Origin: Octopus bimaculoides
Taxonomy: Eukaryota
DNA: 64,000 bases
NCBI RefSeq assembly: GCF_001194135.2
Contig: NC_068986.1
Coordinates: 91,715,718 to 91,779,717, forward strand
Reading direction: 5' to 3'
The notes under the pieces were generated by a model. It made no database searches, was not told the origin of the DNA, and worked only from the letters and a program-made list of their open reading frames with translations. Within the stretch, counting starts at the first letter, position 1, and each line of letters opens with the position of its first letter. The position numbers were made by a program, and so were the translations under genes. Below are positions 1 through 12,472 of this stretch, piece by piece.

Positions 1-357
1 ACAAAAATGAGGAAGACCATGGAGGAAGGCCGTGGTGATGATGAGGGCAATGATGACAACAGTGATGATGATGAAGGCTGCAGTTTTGTTGACAACAACA
101 GTGACAATGTTTGCTATTGATAATAATGATGATGATAATGATGACTCACTGACTGACATTTGTTCAAGTCAATGATGATGATTCTGTTGACAATAACAAA
201 GATAAGGAAAGTGATTGCTAGATATACAAGTACATGCTTGCAGAGAGCATGTAAATGACCAGTCACTTGGAGGCAGTGGAGTGGAAAACTTGGTTGTAGA
301 TGAAAAATAATCATATATTAAATATTTACAATCCTTGACATAGTGTAAACAATTGGC

Positions 358-438
358 TATTTCATATACATATATATACATACACACACACACACACATA
401 CATATATATATATACATTTATATATATACACACATATA

Positions 439-475
<37 letters not shown>

Positions 476-487
476 GTGTGTGTGTAC

Positions 488-522
<35 letters not shown>

Positions 523-863
523 TGCCTATATACATATATATGTGTGTGTGTGTGTGTGTGTGTATATACGCGCACGCCTACATACACAGCCGCATACACA
601 TGCACACACATACACACAGGAGTGCACACACAAAATAACACACATACCTGGCACACATACGCACGCACACACATAAACATACACATACACACCCCTCACA
701 TACATAAAACCACACACACACACACATACACACATACACGACACACATACACATATACACACAGGCACACATACACATATACACACATGCACACACACCT
801 CTCACATACACAATACTCACTCATATACATAACACATACGCACGCACGAAAACATACACAATA
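358..863. repeat. compound (TA)n/(CA)n microsatellite, representative of dozens in the window
   Basis: Directly visible. Similar tracts include 12309-12436, 18785-18912, 20812-20917, 22815-22942, 28850-29130 and 30280-30375, most of them next to N-gaps. Confidence 0.95.
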
Positions 864-1531
864 NNNNNNNNNNNNNNNNNNNNNNNNNNNNNNNNNNNNN
901 NNNNNNNNNNNNNNNNNNNNNNNNNNNNNNNNNNNNNNNNNNNNNNNNNNNNNNNNNNNNNNNNNNNNNNNNNNNNNNNNNNNNNNNNNNNNNNNNNNNN
1001 NNNNNNNNNNNNNNNNNNNNNNNNNNNNNNNNNNNNNNNNNNNNNNNNNNNNNNNNNNNNNNNNNNNNNNNNNNNNNNNNNNNNNNNNNNNNNNNNNNNN
1101 NNNNNNNNNNNNNNNNNNNNNNNNNNNNNNNNNNNNNNNNNNNNNNNNNNNNNNNNNNNNNNNNNNNNNNNNNNNNNNNNNNNNNNNNNNNNNNNNNNNN
1201 NNNNNNNNNNNNNNNNNNNNNNNNNNNNNNNNNNNNNNNNNNNNNNNNNNNNNNNNNNNNNNNNNNNNNNNNNNNNNNNNNNNNNNNNNNNNNNNNNNNN
1301 NNNNNNNNNNNNNNNNNNNNNNNNNNNNNNNNNNNNNNNNNNNNNNNNNNNNNNNNNNNNNNNNNNNNNNNNNNNNNNNNNNNNNNNNNNNNNNNNNNNN
1401 NNNNNNNNNNNNNNNCTTTCCTTTCCTGAGCGTCCAATAATACTATCCATATCACGTCCTCACCTTGTTGTTTTTTTGTTTTTTTGTTATTGTGTTTTTG
1501 AACTATATATATATATATATATATATATCTG

Positions 1532-1565
<34 letters not shown>

Positions 1566-2186
1566 TGTATGTATATACAAACACACACATGCTCATGGAC
1601 ACACATATGCACACATATATAAATTAATCTAAATTAAAATTATGCACCTGAATTACAACCAATTTGGTTCAGTTTGTATGTTTGACACAGCAACCAGATG
1701 AGTCATAGGGCTAAGTTTGTGTACGAGATGGCCATCTTTTGGTAACAAATTTAGAAGAGTCCAGCATCCAGTCCTGGGCTCTGGATGCATGGCAGTTCTT
1801 CCCACAAATACTTATAGGAACCAGGGTAAGCTTTGGGCTTTTTAAATGACACTAAAATACCCAATAAATAAAAGAATTATATACTTCTTCATATCATCAC
1901 CACCACCACCATTTAAGTAAGCATTACTTGTTGGAATGTGCCAGGTGATCCTCTACTAGGGTAGATAGACAATAAATATGTAACACTGGTAAAAAGCACT
2001 GGTGATGGTGCCACTTCAAATGCACCCAGTACACACTGTAAAGTGGTTGGCATTAGGAAGGGCATCCAGTTGTAGAAGCCAAGCCAAAACAGACACTTTG
2101 GAACCTGGTGCAGCCCCTGACCTTGCCAGTTCCTGTCAACTGGTGTAACCCATGCCAGCATGGAAAATAGACGTTAAATGATGATA

Positions 2187-2236
<50 letters not shown>

Positions 2237-2530
2237 TCTCTGGATCATACCTAGTGGTTCAATCAACTACCTAGATACTAAAATTCTACCTGATCAGGGC
2301 TGACCTAGGATTATACAACAACAACAACAACAAGCATATAGAAATAGAGCAGACAATCAAGTTAACAGTCAGAGTTCTTTTTTAAAGACTTTTTCACTGT
2401 TCACTTCCTGTGCATATTCTATGTACTGTTCATGCAGTTTTGGTTACTTTTTCTGATAAGCACTTGAACACTATACAATAAATTCATTATAGTCTTCTTC
2501 TTCTTCTTCTTCTTCTTCTTATTCTTATTC

Positions 2531-2579
<49 letters not shown>

Positions 2580-4744
2580 AGTCTTGACTGTCATGCTGGT
2601 CCCCCTATGATTAACCACTGCATGTTGGANNNNNNNNNNNNNNNNNNNNNNNNNNNNNNNNNNNNNNNNNNNNNNNNNNNNNNNNNNNNNNNNNNNNNNN
2701 NNNNNNNNNNNNNNNNNNNNNNNNNNNNNNNNNNNNNNNNNNNNNNNNNNNNNNNNNNNNNNNNNNNNNNNNNNNNNNNNNNNNNNNNNNNNNNNNNNNN
2801 NNNNNNNNNNNNNNNNNNNNNNNNNNNNNNNNNNNNNNNNNNNNNNNNNNNNNNNNNNNNNNNNNNNNNNNNNNNNNNNNNNNNNNNNNNNNNNNNNNNN
2901 NNNNNNNNNNNNNNNNNNNNNNNNNNNNNNNNNNNNNNNNNNNNNNNNNNNNNNNNNNNNNNNNNNNNNNNNNNNNNNNNNNNNNNNNNNNNNNNNNNNN
3001 NNNNNNNNNNNNNNNNNNNNNNNNNNNNNNNNNNNNNNNNNNNNNNNNNNNNNNNNNNNNNNNNNNNNNNNNNNNNNNNNNNNNNNNNNNNNNNNNNNNN
3101 NNNNNNNNNNNNNNNNNNNNNNNNNNNNNNNNNNNNNNNNNNNNNNNNNNNNNNNNNNNNNNNNNNNNNNNNNNNNNNNNNNNNNNNNNNNNNNNNNNNN
3201 NNNNNNNNNNNNNNNNNNNNNNNNNNNNNNNNNNNNNNNATATTTAAAAGGATGAAATAATTCTTTCAATGAAGGAGAAATTGTATGAGAAAGAAATGAG
3301 GAGAAATGGTAAAAAGACTCTAAAATAAAAAAGATGAAAAATATTTAAAAGGATGAAATAATTCTTTCAATGATGTTCTTTACTTTTTTTTATTTGTTTT
3401 CTTCATGTGTGAAGAATGTTTAATTAATTAATTTGAAAAGAAATAAAATAAGAATCAAAACACAAAGGAAATGTTATGAAAATTTTAATGAATGAAAGCA
3501 AATATTCATTTGTTTTGAATTTCTGCAAGTTTAGTGAAGTGGTGAGGACACTAAAATTAATTGAAGGAGCACTGGACTTGAGTTTCTCTCTTATGGGCCC
3601 ATACGCATAAATGAAATTGAACCGACCACTACAAGTTAAAGCAACATTCTTGTCAATCATAAATAGTACAACTGCTGTTATTGCTATTGTTGGTGACCAT
3701 GTGAAAGCTTCCTTAGTTATGACTGTTTAGCCCCGTTTTCAATCGGGTCCAGCAAGTGATGGATACCTTTTCACTGTTGGTGGGCTGAGTGGCTAATGAG
3801 ATATGAACCACATAGTTTTCAAAACAATGCTTGAAGCAGTTGGGTAATTAGAACTTCTAAAAAAAAGTAATCAACATAACATCTAATCACTACCATTCCC
3901 ATTTCAAATTCATAAACTTCCAAAATGAAAGACCAAATGAGGAAGAACTGTTTATAAGTAAAGAGAAGCATGTGTGTGTGTGTGTGTGTGTGTGTGCATA
4001 CATAAATCGACTATCCCCCTCCCCTAAATTTCAGGCCTTGTGCCTATGATAGAAAGGATTATTTTTAATAAGGTGAGCTGATTTAAGGCAGTGAGCTAGC
4101 AGAATTGTTAGAACATTAGATGAAATATTTGACAGCAGCACTGGATTAACCATTAAGCAAAATAAACATGCGCTTAGGGCATCAAGAGAAGGGGGGGGGG
4201 GCCATAGAAATGGTAAATGGTTTATGGCACAAAAGAAATCACTTTAAACTTGCTAAAATAACATTCGAAGTGATTTATATGATTGCAAATATAATTTCAA
4301 AGTGTACATGGTGTCATAGTGAGGATTTGATCAAAGGTTTTTCAATTAAAAAAACGTAGGAGTAAATGGAAGTATACAAAATAATCATTATTTTCCATTT
4401 TACTGTTAGTTTTATTTCATTTTGAAAAATAAGATTATTTTTATGGTTTATTATTGCTTATATTTTGAATTACATATATATGGGGGCACCAAAATCTTTT
4501 AAGGGCTTAGGGCCTCTATGAGTCTTAATCTGGCCATTTTTAACAGTATTTCATCCATCTTTACATCCTGAGTTCAAATTCCACCAAAATCAATTTTGCC
4601 TTTCCTCTTTTCAGGGTCAATAAAATAAGTGTCAGTAAAGTACTGAGATCAATGTAATCAACTGGCCCCTTCCCTCAAAATTTCAGGCCTTGGACCTATA
4701 GTGAAAGGATTTCTATTTTTATTCACCTGCCTTCTGGTTTATCT

Positions 4745-4945
4745 ATGCCACATCTCACTTTCCTCAACACATGAGCTGTTCCAAGTATTGCTGCAAACTG
4801 AATACTTCCTAAGAAGTTTGGTATTTGCAGCTTTTGATGCCAGAATATTGCTCTCTTTGAGACAGTCTCAAATGCACTGATCACAATAGATACCACACTG
4901 ACTTTTAACCCATTACCTACCAGTGATCTCATATGAGATCACTTA
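4745..4945 (-). mobile_element. R4/Dong-like (RLE) non-LTR retrotransposon, 3' ORF fragment
   Basis: LKVSVVSIVISAFETVSK...LGSIQFAAILGTAHVLRKV resembles the C-terminal VPIVIGALG...QKAAILGTAHILRKVL motif of RLE-clade elements. Confidence 0.75.
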
Positions 4946-5184
4946 AAAATTACAAATTTCGTAATTATCTGTCAATATTTACACATATCTAACCTTTTTG
5001 CTATATCTACTAGGTATATTTCTCTGATATTCAAATGAGGTTTGCTAATTTTTCACCCAATATCTCGCTTGTTTCTATTTAAAATGTTATTTTGAAATGT
5101 TATTTTGATCATTCCAGCGTGTTTCTAAGGCTGTTTTATACTAGAAATCAAAGTTTCATAAAAAAATTCCAGTTAATAGAACTA

Positions 5185-5700
5185 TGGATTCTTTACATTT
5201 GCATTCTTAAGTCTTGGTACTTCCTGACTTTCTCATCTTCTGTCTTCGCAATATTCCAGTCTGCTGGTTTAGCTACATTGATGAAGGTTCATTTTCAGCT
5301 TTCCGTTTGTGTATAATGGCATATCCCATGTGAGTTTCACCTGATCATTCTCTGCACTGGCAAAGGTTGGTGCTCATACCACTTGTTGGAACATTCTAGC
5401 CCATACTTTCTGCACAACTTCCAGTGTATTCACACTGCTACTTTGCCCTGGTGATTTTTGTACTTCTTGGGCTAGTTTTTGAGCATGCACTAATTATATG
5501 TCTAACTGTCTCAAATATTTTTCCACATAGTCTACACAAAGATGATACTGCTGTCATATCAATGCTAGCTTGTAAAGCCTGTTTTTTAGCAGTAAGAATC
5601 AGTCTTTTTGTTTCCTTCTTTTAAAAAACTATGCCTTAACCATCTCCAGGATTCTTCATCAGGTTCTTCTGCTGTTTGTTCGGAAAAACACTCTGCATAG
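5185..5700 (-). mobile_element. R4/Dong-like (RLE) retrotransposon fragment, zinc knuckle plus RLE region, degenerate
   Basis: Minus-strand frames give LCRLCGKIFETVRHIISACSK, IHWKLCRKYGLECSNKWYEHQP and EDEKVRKYQDL, with stops and frameshifts. The 5' end abuts the compound trinucleotide repeat at 5700-5792. Confidence 0.8.
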
Positions 5701-5995
5701 CATCTTCTTCTTCTTCTTCGTCGTCGTCGTCGTCATCGTCATTATTATTATTATTATCATTATCATTATTATTATTGTTGTTGTTGTTGTTGTTAAGGCG
5801 GCAATTGCTTAGCACGCTGGACGAAATGCTTAGCAGTATCTCACCCACCGCTACGTTCTGAGCTCAAATTCCGCCAAAGTCGACTGTGCCTTTCTTCCTT
5901 TCTGGGTTGATAAACTAAGTACCAGTTGCGTACTTAGGTCGATGTAATTGACTCAACCCCTCCCCCAAAATTACTATCCTTGTGACATTTGAAAC

Positions 5996-6034
<39 letters not shown>

Positions 6035-7815
6035 ATATAATACACCTCCTGCTGTATGACCTGACTGATAGGAGTCCTCACCATTAACCATCCTTCTCTG
6101 AACATTGTCTCCATGAAGAGTACAACTGTACTAATGTACGCAAAAAAAATTATATAATATACACCAGTTATTGAGCTATTGACCCTCAAATTACCATCTT
6201 ACAAGTAAAAATACTTGAATATAAAACCATGTAATTATAATCACGCACATGAATGCCCACACATGTGTGTATGTGTGTGTGTATACAGGTATGGTGATAC
6301 AAACAGGAAAAATAGAACTCAAAATATGAGGATTATTCTTTTATTCCTTTATTTGTTTCAGTCATTTGACTGCTGCCATGCTGGAGCACCACCTTTAGTT
6401 GAACAAATCGACCCCAGGACTTATTCTTTGTAAACCTAGTACTTATTCTATTGGTCTCTTTTGCCGAACTACTAAGTTACAGGGATGTATAAACACCAAC
6501 ATCCATCATCAAGCGATGGGGGGGGGGGACAAACACAGACACATAACCATAAACATATGTATGTATGTATATGTATATANNNNNNNNNNNNNNNNNNNNN
6601 NNNNNNNNNNNNNNNNNNNNNNNNNNNNNNNNNNNNNNNNNNNNNNNNNNNNNNNNNNNNNNNNNNNNNNNNNNNNNNNNNNNNNNNNNNNNNNNNNNNN
6701 NNNNNNNNNNNNNNNNNNNNNNNNNNNNNNNNNNNNNNNNNNNNNNNNNNNNNNNNNNNNNNNNNNNNNNNNNNNNNNNNNNNNNNNNNNNNNNNNNNNN
6801 NNNNNNNNNNNNNNNNNNNNNNNNNNNNNNNNNNNNNNNNNNNNNNNNNNNNNNNNNNNNNNNNNNNNNNNNNNNNNNNNNNNNNNNNNNNNNNNNNNNN
6901 NNNNNNNNNNNNNNNNNNNNNNNNNNNNNNNNNNNNNNNNNNNNNNNNNNNNNNNNNNNNNNNNNNNNNNNNNNNNNNNNNNNNNNNNNNNNNNNNNNNN
7001 NNNNNNNNNNNNNNNNNNNNNNNNNNNNNNNNNNNNNNNNNNNNNNNNNNNNNNNNNNNNNNNNNNNNNNNNNNNNNNNNNNNNNNNNNNNNNNNNNNNN
7101 NNNNNNNNNNNNNNNNNNNNNNNNNNNNNNNNNNNNNNNNNNNNNNNNNNNNNNNNNNNNNNNNNNNNNNNNNNNNNNNNNNNNNNNNNNNNNNNNNNNN
7201 NNNNNNNNNNNNNNNNNNNNNNNNNNNNNNNNNNNNNNNNNNNNNNNNNNNNNNNNNNNNNNNNNNNNNNNNNNNNNNNNNNNNNNNNNNNNNNNNNNNN
7301 NNNNNNNNNNNNNNNNNNNNNNNNNNNNNNNNNNNNNNNNNNNNNNNNNNNNNNNNNNNNNNNNNNNNNNNNNNNNNNNNNNNNNNNNNNNNNNNNNNNN
7401 NNNNNNNNNNNNNNNNNNNNNNNNNNNNNNNNNNNNNNNNNNNNNNNNNNNNNNNNNNNNNNNNNNNNNNNNNNNNNNNNNNNNNNNNNNNNNNNNNNNN
7501 NNNNNNNNNNNNNNNNNNNNNNNNNNNNNNNNNNNNNNNNNNNNNNNATATATACACAACGGGCTTCTTTCAATTTCTGTCTACCAAATCCACTCACAAG
7601 GCTTTGGTCAGAATGAAGCTATAGTAGAAAACACTTGCTCAAGGTGCCATGCAGTGGAACTGATCCCAGAACCATGTGGTTGGTAAGCAAGCTACTTACC
7701 ATACAGCCACTCCTATGCCTATAATATGTATATTTATATTTTTTTATTAATATTTAGCAGAAGTAACAGATAATGCCTGGACCTTATGTCACTCTGTTAC
7801 TTCTGCTAAATATTC

Positions 7816-7859
<44 letters not shown>

Positions 7860-8619
7860 ATATCATCATCATCATCATCATCATCATCGTTCAACGTCCA
7901 CTTTCCATGCTGGCATGGGTTGGACGGTTTGACTGAGGACTGGTAAGCCAGGGGTATGTACCAGGCTCCAATCTGATCTGGCAAGGTTTTTACAGCTGGA
8001 TGCCCTTCTTAATGCCGACCATTCCGAGAGTGTAGTGGGTGCTTTTTACATGCCACCAGCATGAGAGCCAGTCAAATGGTGCTTTTTATATGCCACTGGC
8101 ATGGGACCAGTCAGGTGGCACTGGCATCGACCGTTTTGTATGGTGCTTTTTACATGTCACCAGCAGAGGAGCCAGTCCAGTGTGACTGGCATCAACCACA
8201 CTCAAATGGTACTTTTTACATGCTACCAGCACAGGATGGACCAATGTTTCATCCTGTGTGATCATCATCATCATCATCATCGTTTAACGTCCGCTTTCCA
8301 TGCTAGCATGGGTTGGACGATTTGACTGAGGACTGGTGAAACCGGATGGCAACACCAGGCTCCAGTCTGATTTGGCAGAGTTTCTACAGCTGGATGCCCT
8401 TCCTAACGCCAACCACTCAGAGAGTGTAGNNNNNNNNNNGGCTCCAGTCTGATTTGGCAGAGTTTCTACAGCTGGATGCCCTTCCTAACGCCAACCACTC
8501 AGAGAGTGTAGTGGGTGCTTTTACGTGTCACCCGCACGAAAACGGCCACGCTCGAAATGGTGTCTTTTATGTGCCACCCGCACAAGCCAGTCCAGGGGCA
8601 CTGGCAACGATCTGTGTGA

Positions 8620-9251
8620 TAAGTCTGCCAAACAAGTCCTCCTCAATTTCTGGCACATTGCCAAAAAAGCCTGGGAGCAATTGACTCCTTCCTGCTCCTG
8701 AAAAGGTGTGAGCATCTGGGGAATCCATTGTGCACACAACTTCTGCATGTGCAAAAGGGCATGAATGATTTTTTCCATGGACCCTATGCTTATCTTTACA
8801 TTTTGGGCTAGTTGCTAAATAGTTATGTGGTGATACTGTAAAATGGCAGTTTCTACTTTATGGATGGTATCATCATCAATGGCAGAGAGTGGTCATCCAA
8901 GAATAGGAGCAGTTTCCATTAATATCTCCAACCACATTTGAACTGGTGATGCCAGTGCTTGACTATGTCATATGATGGTGCATCGTCACCATAAACGTCT
9001 TTCATCTCATCAAAAATCTCTTTTGATGTACAACCTTTCAAATATAAGAACCTGGTCACTGATCTGCATTCAATGGCCTACATTATAACATATTAGTCCA
9101 CTTCAACAGCTGTTAAAGGCAAACGAATATAAGAGGAAAGCTACAATTTATAATGTGACATGTAGAGACATGCATAATTACATCTGTACAAGTTCCGTTT
9201 CCTGCAATAACCGGAAGTGGGTCAGGGGAAATCTTTAATGAACACCTCTCA
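8620..9251 (-). mobile_element. mariner (Mos1/SETMAR-like) transposon, 5' half, degenerate
   Basis: Reads VYGDDAPSYDIVKHWHHQFKCG and SIGSMEKIIHALLHMQKLCAQWIPQMLT (the WVPHxLT motif). A TIR-like end (TA)TGAGAGGTGTTCATTAAAG lies at about 9253-9233. Confidence 0.8.
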
Positions 9252-9382
9252 TATGTGTGTGTGGTGGGGGTGGATGGGTGGGTGGGTGTATGTACGTATG
9301 TGTGTGTGTGTGTGTGCACGTATGTATGTGTGTGGGAATGTGTGTGTGTGTGTGTGAGTGTGTATTTATGTATATAAATATA

Positions 9383-10857
9383 CAGGGTGTTCGGACAACA
9401 TCTCACAATTTTTTATAACTTCTTTTTTCAGGAAGATCTTAATGTGAAGAGTTGACAGTGTTTGGTGAACATAAAAATTTAAGTTGTAGTTGCGAAGAAG
9501 TTAGCTGACATGGAAGACAGGAAACCATTTGAATATTAGAAAACAGTTAACTGTAACATGATGCTTCATGATGGATATCAAAATTTTAACATCAGGACTG
9601 CTGCTCAATTCTCTGTGAACACTGTAAATGCTGGGAGACATGACAGACAGCTGCAATGAAGACTGCAAAACTATAGCCAGGTGGAAGGGACACAGCTGGG
9701 ATCCTGACTGTGTCTGCATACCAGAATTCATCCAACAAATGCAGGACAAGTTAATGGAAAATCCGAGCAAGGGAATCTGAACTTTGGCAAGAGACATCGG
9801 TGTTGGAGTAGCCATCTTGAAGATGGACCTGAATGAGGACCTTCACTACAAGAGGTACAAGGGACAAATTCTGACAGCCAAGGCGAAGGAGAATAGTCTG
9901 ACGAAGGTAAAGAAGCTCCTGAAGAAGCTGAGGCATCCTGCTCTGCTGAATATGATCCAGTTCTTGTCAGATGAAAAGAACTTATGCTTAGACAAGTTGT
10001 TCAACACCCAGGACAGCAGGTGGCTTGCCTACAATCTATGCATCCACGCAATGTCACACATATCATGAAAACCAAGTTCTCTTAGACTGTGATAGTCTTT
10101 GGGTGTATCATCAGTGATGGTGATATCATGCTACCCCACATCTTTGAACAAGGCCTTAGGCTCGATTTGAAACATGGCCTTAGGCTAATTGAAGCTATGG
10201 GAGGCTGTGGTCAAACTCTGGCTGGAGAGGGTTGCTGCTGGAGTGCCATATGTGTGGCAGCAAGATTCAGCTCGTTGCCATACCCCCAGAAAGAGTCAGA
10301 GGTGGTTGTCAGAGAATTTCTGTAACTTCACCAGCCCCAATATCTGGCCTCCTAATTCTCCTGATTGTAATCCCATACAAATTACTTGGTGACCCTGCCA
10401 GTGCTGATGCCATGTAAAAAGCATTCAGCCCATTCTGTTGGGTGGTTGGTGTTGGGAAGGGCTTCCACCCATAAAAACCCTGCTAAAACAGACACAGAAG
10501 TCTGGTGCATGCTCCTGTCAAACAATCCAACCCATGTCAGCATGGAATGGGGACATTAAACGATGATGATGAGACACAATTGAGAAAGACACCAACCACT
10601 CCGCCAGCAACACTAGGGCCAGGCTGTTGGTCAAGATCAAGGAGGTGTTCCCAAGTAAACAGTGAGGAATGCATGTGCCAGGTTCCAGAGCTATCATGAT
10701 TGAAGCTGAGGGCAGCTACTCTGAATAGAGTGTTATCCGTCAGCCATAATCTTGTTGATATTTTTTTGATTATTTAAAATACTTTTATTTTTGAATGAAA
10801 TACTGAAATTTTTTCCCCCTTTTATGCAGACTGTCAAACTTAGCCTGAAGCCTTCTG
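9383..10857 (+). mobile_element. Tc1/mariner DD37D (maT-type) transposon, near full length, decayed and interrupted by an RTE 3' end
   Basis: Starts TA|CAGGGTG. Frames give FLSDEK, WQQDSARCHT and WPPNSPDCNPI (37 residues after the second D; the third D was lost at the insertion). The C-terminus IEKDTN...VKIKEVF...VRNACARF...EAEGSYSE-stop resumes at about 10575-10730. Confidence 0.85.
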
Positions 10858-11012
10858 TTAATATAAGTGTGTGTGTGCTTATATTCCTGTCAAACCGTCC
10901 AACACAAACCAGCATAGCTTTGAGCATGGACATTAAATGACAATTAGGGGATGGGGGGGGTGATGGTGATAATGATGATAATGATGATGATGATGACGAC
11001 ATACATGCCCAC

Positions 11013-11139
11013 GGGCATATGGCGTAGTGGTTAAGAGTGCGGGATACTAACCCCAAGATTCCGAGTTCAATTCAGGCAGTGACCTGAACAATGATTATAG
11101 TAATAATAATAATAATGATGATGATGATGACGATGATGA

Positions 11140-11173
<34 letters not shown>

Positions 11174-11228
11174 GGTGGTGGTGGTGGTGGTGGTGGTGGT
11201 GGTGGTGGTGGTGGTGATGATGGTGATA

Positions 11229-11263
<35 letters not shown>

Positions 11264-11434
11264 AAAAATAACATAGGAATGAGAACCCAGGATCGAAATT
11301 TCCCCAAGGCACCTGAGGAAGGCTGGAGGTTATATCAGCCGAAATGTTGTGTTAACAACAAACATGATGAGAACAAATATCTGTCAAATGTAAATAATGT
11401 ACATAATTCCTCACCTCTTAAATATAGAACTGTA
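11013..11434 (+). mobile_element. tRNA-headed SINE-like element with an internal (AAT/GAT/GGT)n tract and a hammerhead-like 3' module
   Basis: A box TGGCGTAGTGG (11020-11030), B box GAGTTCAATTC (11063-11073), microsatellite at about 11090-11260, then CTGAGGA...GAAA motif at 11308-11353. Confidence 0.7.
11308..11353 (+). ncRNA. minimal type I hammerhead-ribozyme-like motif
   Basis: GGCAC-CTGAGGA-A-GGCTG(loop)CAGCC-GAAA-T-GTT-GTGTT. Stem I is GGCAC/GTGTT, stem II is GGCTG/CAGCC, and the predicted site is GUU at 11346-11348. Confidence 0.5.
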
Positions 11435-12303
11435 TTCAATAATGTTATTGTTTAGTTTTAGAATGATATTGTAGAGCAGGTGTGAGAGGCCTGATCCAGC
11501 CAGTTCAAACATAATATAAGTAAAGTATTTGGGCTTGGTATGGCCAGTTTAAATGCTAAAGGGTTGATATGTATATGCATATATATGTACAAGTGTATGT
11601 GTGTATTGTGTGTGTGTGTGTGTGCATGTGTGATTGTGTGTGTGTGTCCTTAAGTTTTGATTGACTCATATCAATCTATTGATGTGTTCCTCACCATTGA
11701 TATGTCCTCCACCATATTTTCAACTCTGTTGCCTTAACTATCAATGCTCTTATATTCTATATTTGATTAACATATTGCTTGTTATTCTGAAGATGTACTT
11801 GTCTGTGACTGTGTATTGAAATTAAAGCAATTATAGACTGGAAGACTTACAAAAATTGTTAACTTCACTAAAAAGTTTATGATTTTGTGTCAAACTTTTG
11901 TTGCACTTACTGCAACCTTGTCACCAATATAATTCCACTGTAACTATGCACTGTGGAACTATATTAGTAACCAAGTTGCAGTTAGTGCAATGGAAATTGT
12001 GACTCCAAATAATAATGTTTAAATGAAGTTAACAATTTTCGTGTGTTTTTCAATGGCTTATATGTATGTATCTTCCATATTGCAAGAAAATTATTTATAC
12101 ATTATTTCCTTTATCAATAATATGCAATAATATTATTCAACTTGTTTTTCAGGTTCAAATTCCCATCAGTTATTATCTTGGACTTTCCACGAATCAGTGA
12201 CATTTTCTTCCTCTCAAGAATATAATAATTCTTGAGGTGACATTATCTTTTCTCTGGATTCTATTAACTATTGAACAATCTTTAATCTATCTATCTGTTT
12301 CTT

Positions 12304-12389
<86 letters not shown>

Positions 12390-12472
12390 GTATGTATATA
12401 TATATGCATGTATGTATATATATATGCATGTATGTATAATTTTGCTATAAATAACAAAAGCAAACTGCAGCA

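Noticed and set aside
1-310. Acidic-looking reading frame (MEEGRGDDEGNDDNS...)
   Set aside because: It is degenerate (GAT/AAC)n low-complexity sequence with stops in all frames and no splice or homology support.
353-1614. Many long ORFs rich in YI/HT/CV/X, here and at 2487-3269, 6399-7686, 13114-13957, 15774-16252, 22815-23455, 27567-29522 and 59894-60341
   Set aside because: They are translations of dinucleotide microsatellites and N-gaps. The only real coding part among them is 23343-23407.
3240-3373. 33-bp direct repeat (ATATTTAAAAGGATGAAATAATTCTTTCAATGA) about 100 bp apart
   Set aside because: There are only two copies, directly after a gap. It is not a CRISPR array and may be an artefact or a small local duplication.
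3424-3760. Roughly 100-codon near-open frames on both strands
   Set aside because: No recognisable motif, weak splice signals and no partner exons.
8360-8510. Exact roughly 70-bp direct duplication on both sides of a 10-N gap
   Set aside because: An identical sequence flanking a tiny gap is typical of unmerged contig overlap, so this is an assembly artefact.
11013-11084. Possible tRNA gene, likewise the heads at about 33420-33488 and 34030-34093
   Set aside because: The acceptor stem does not close and the head continues into repeat sequence, so these are SINE heads.
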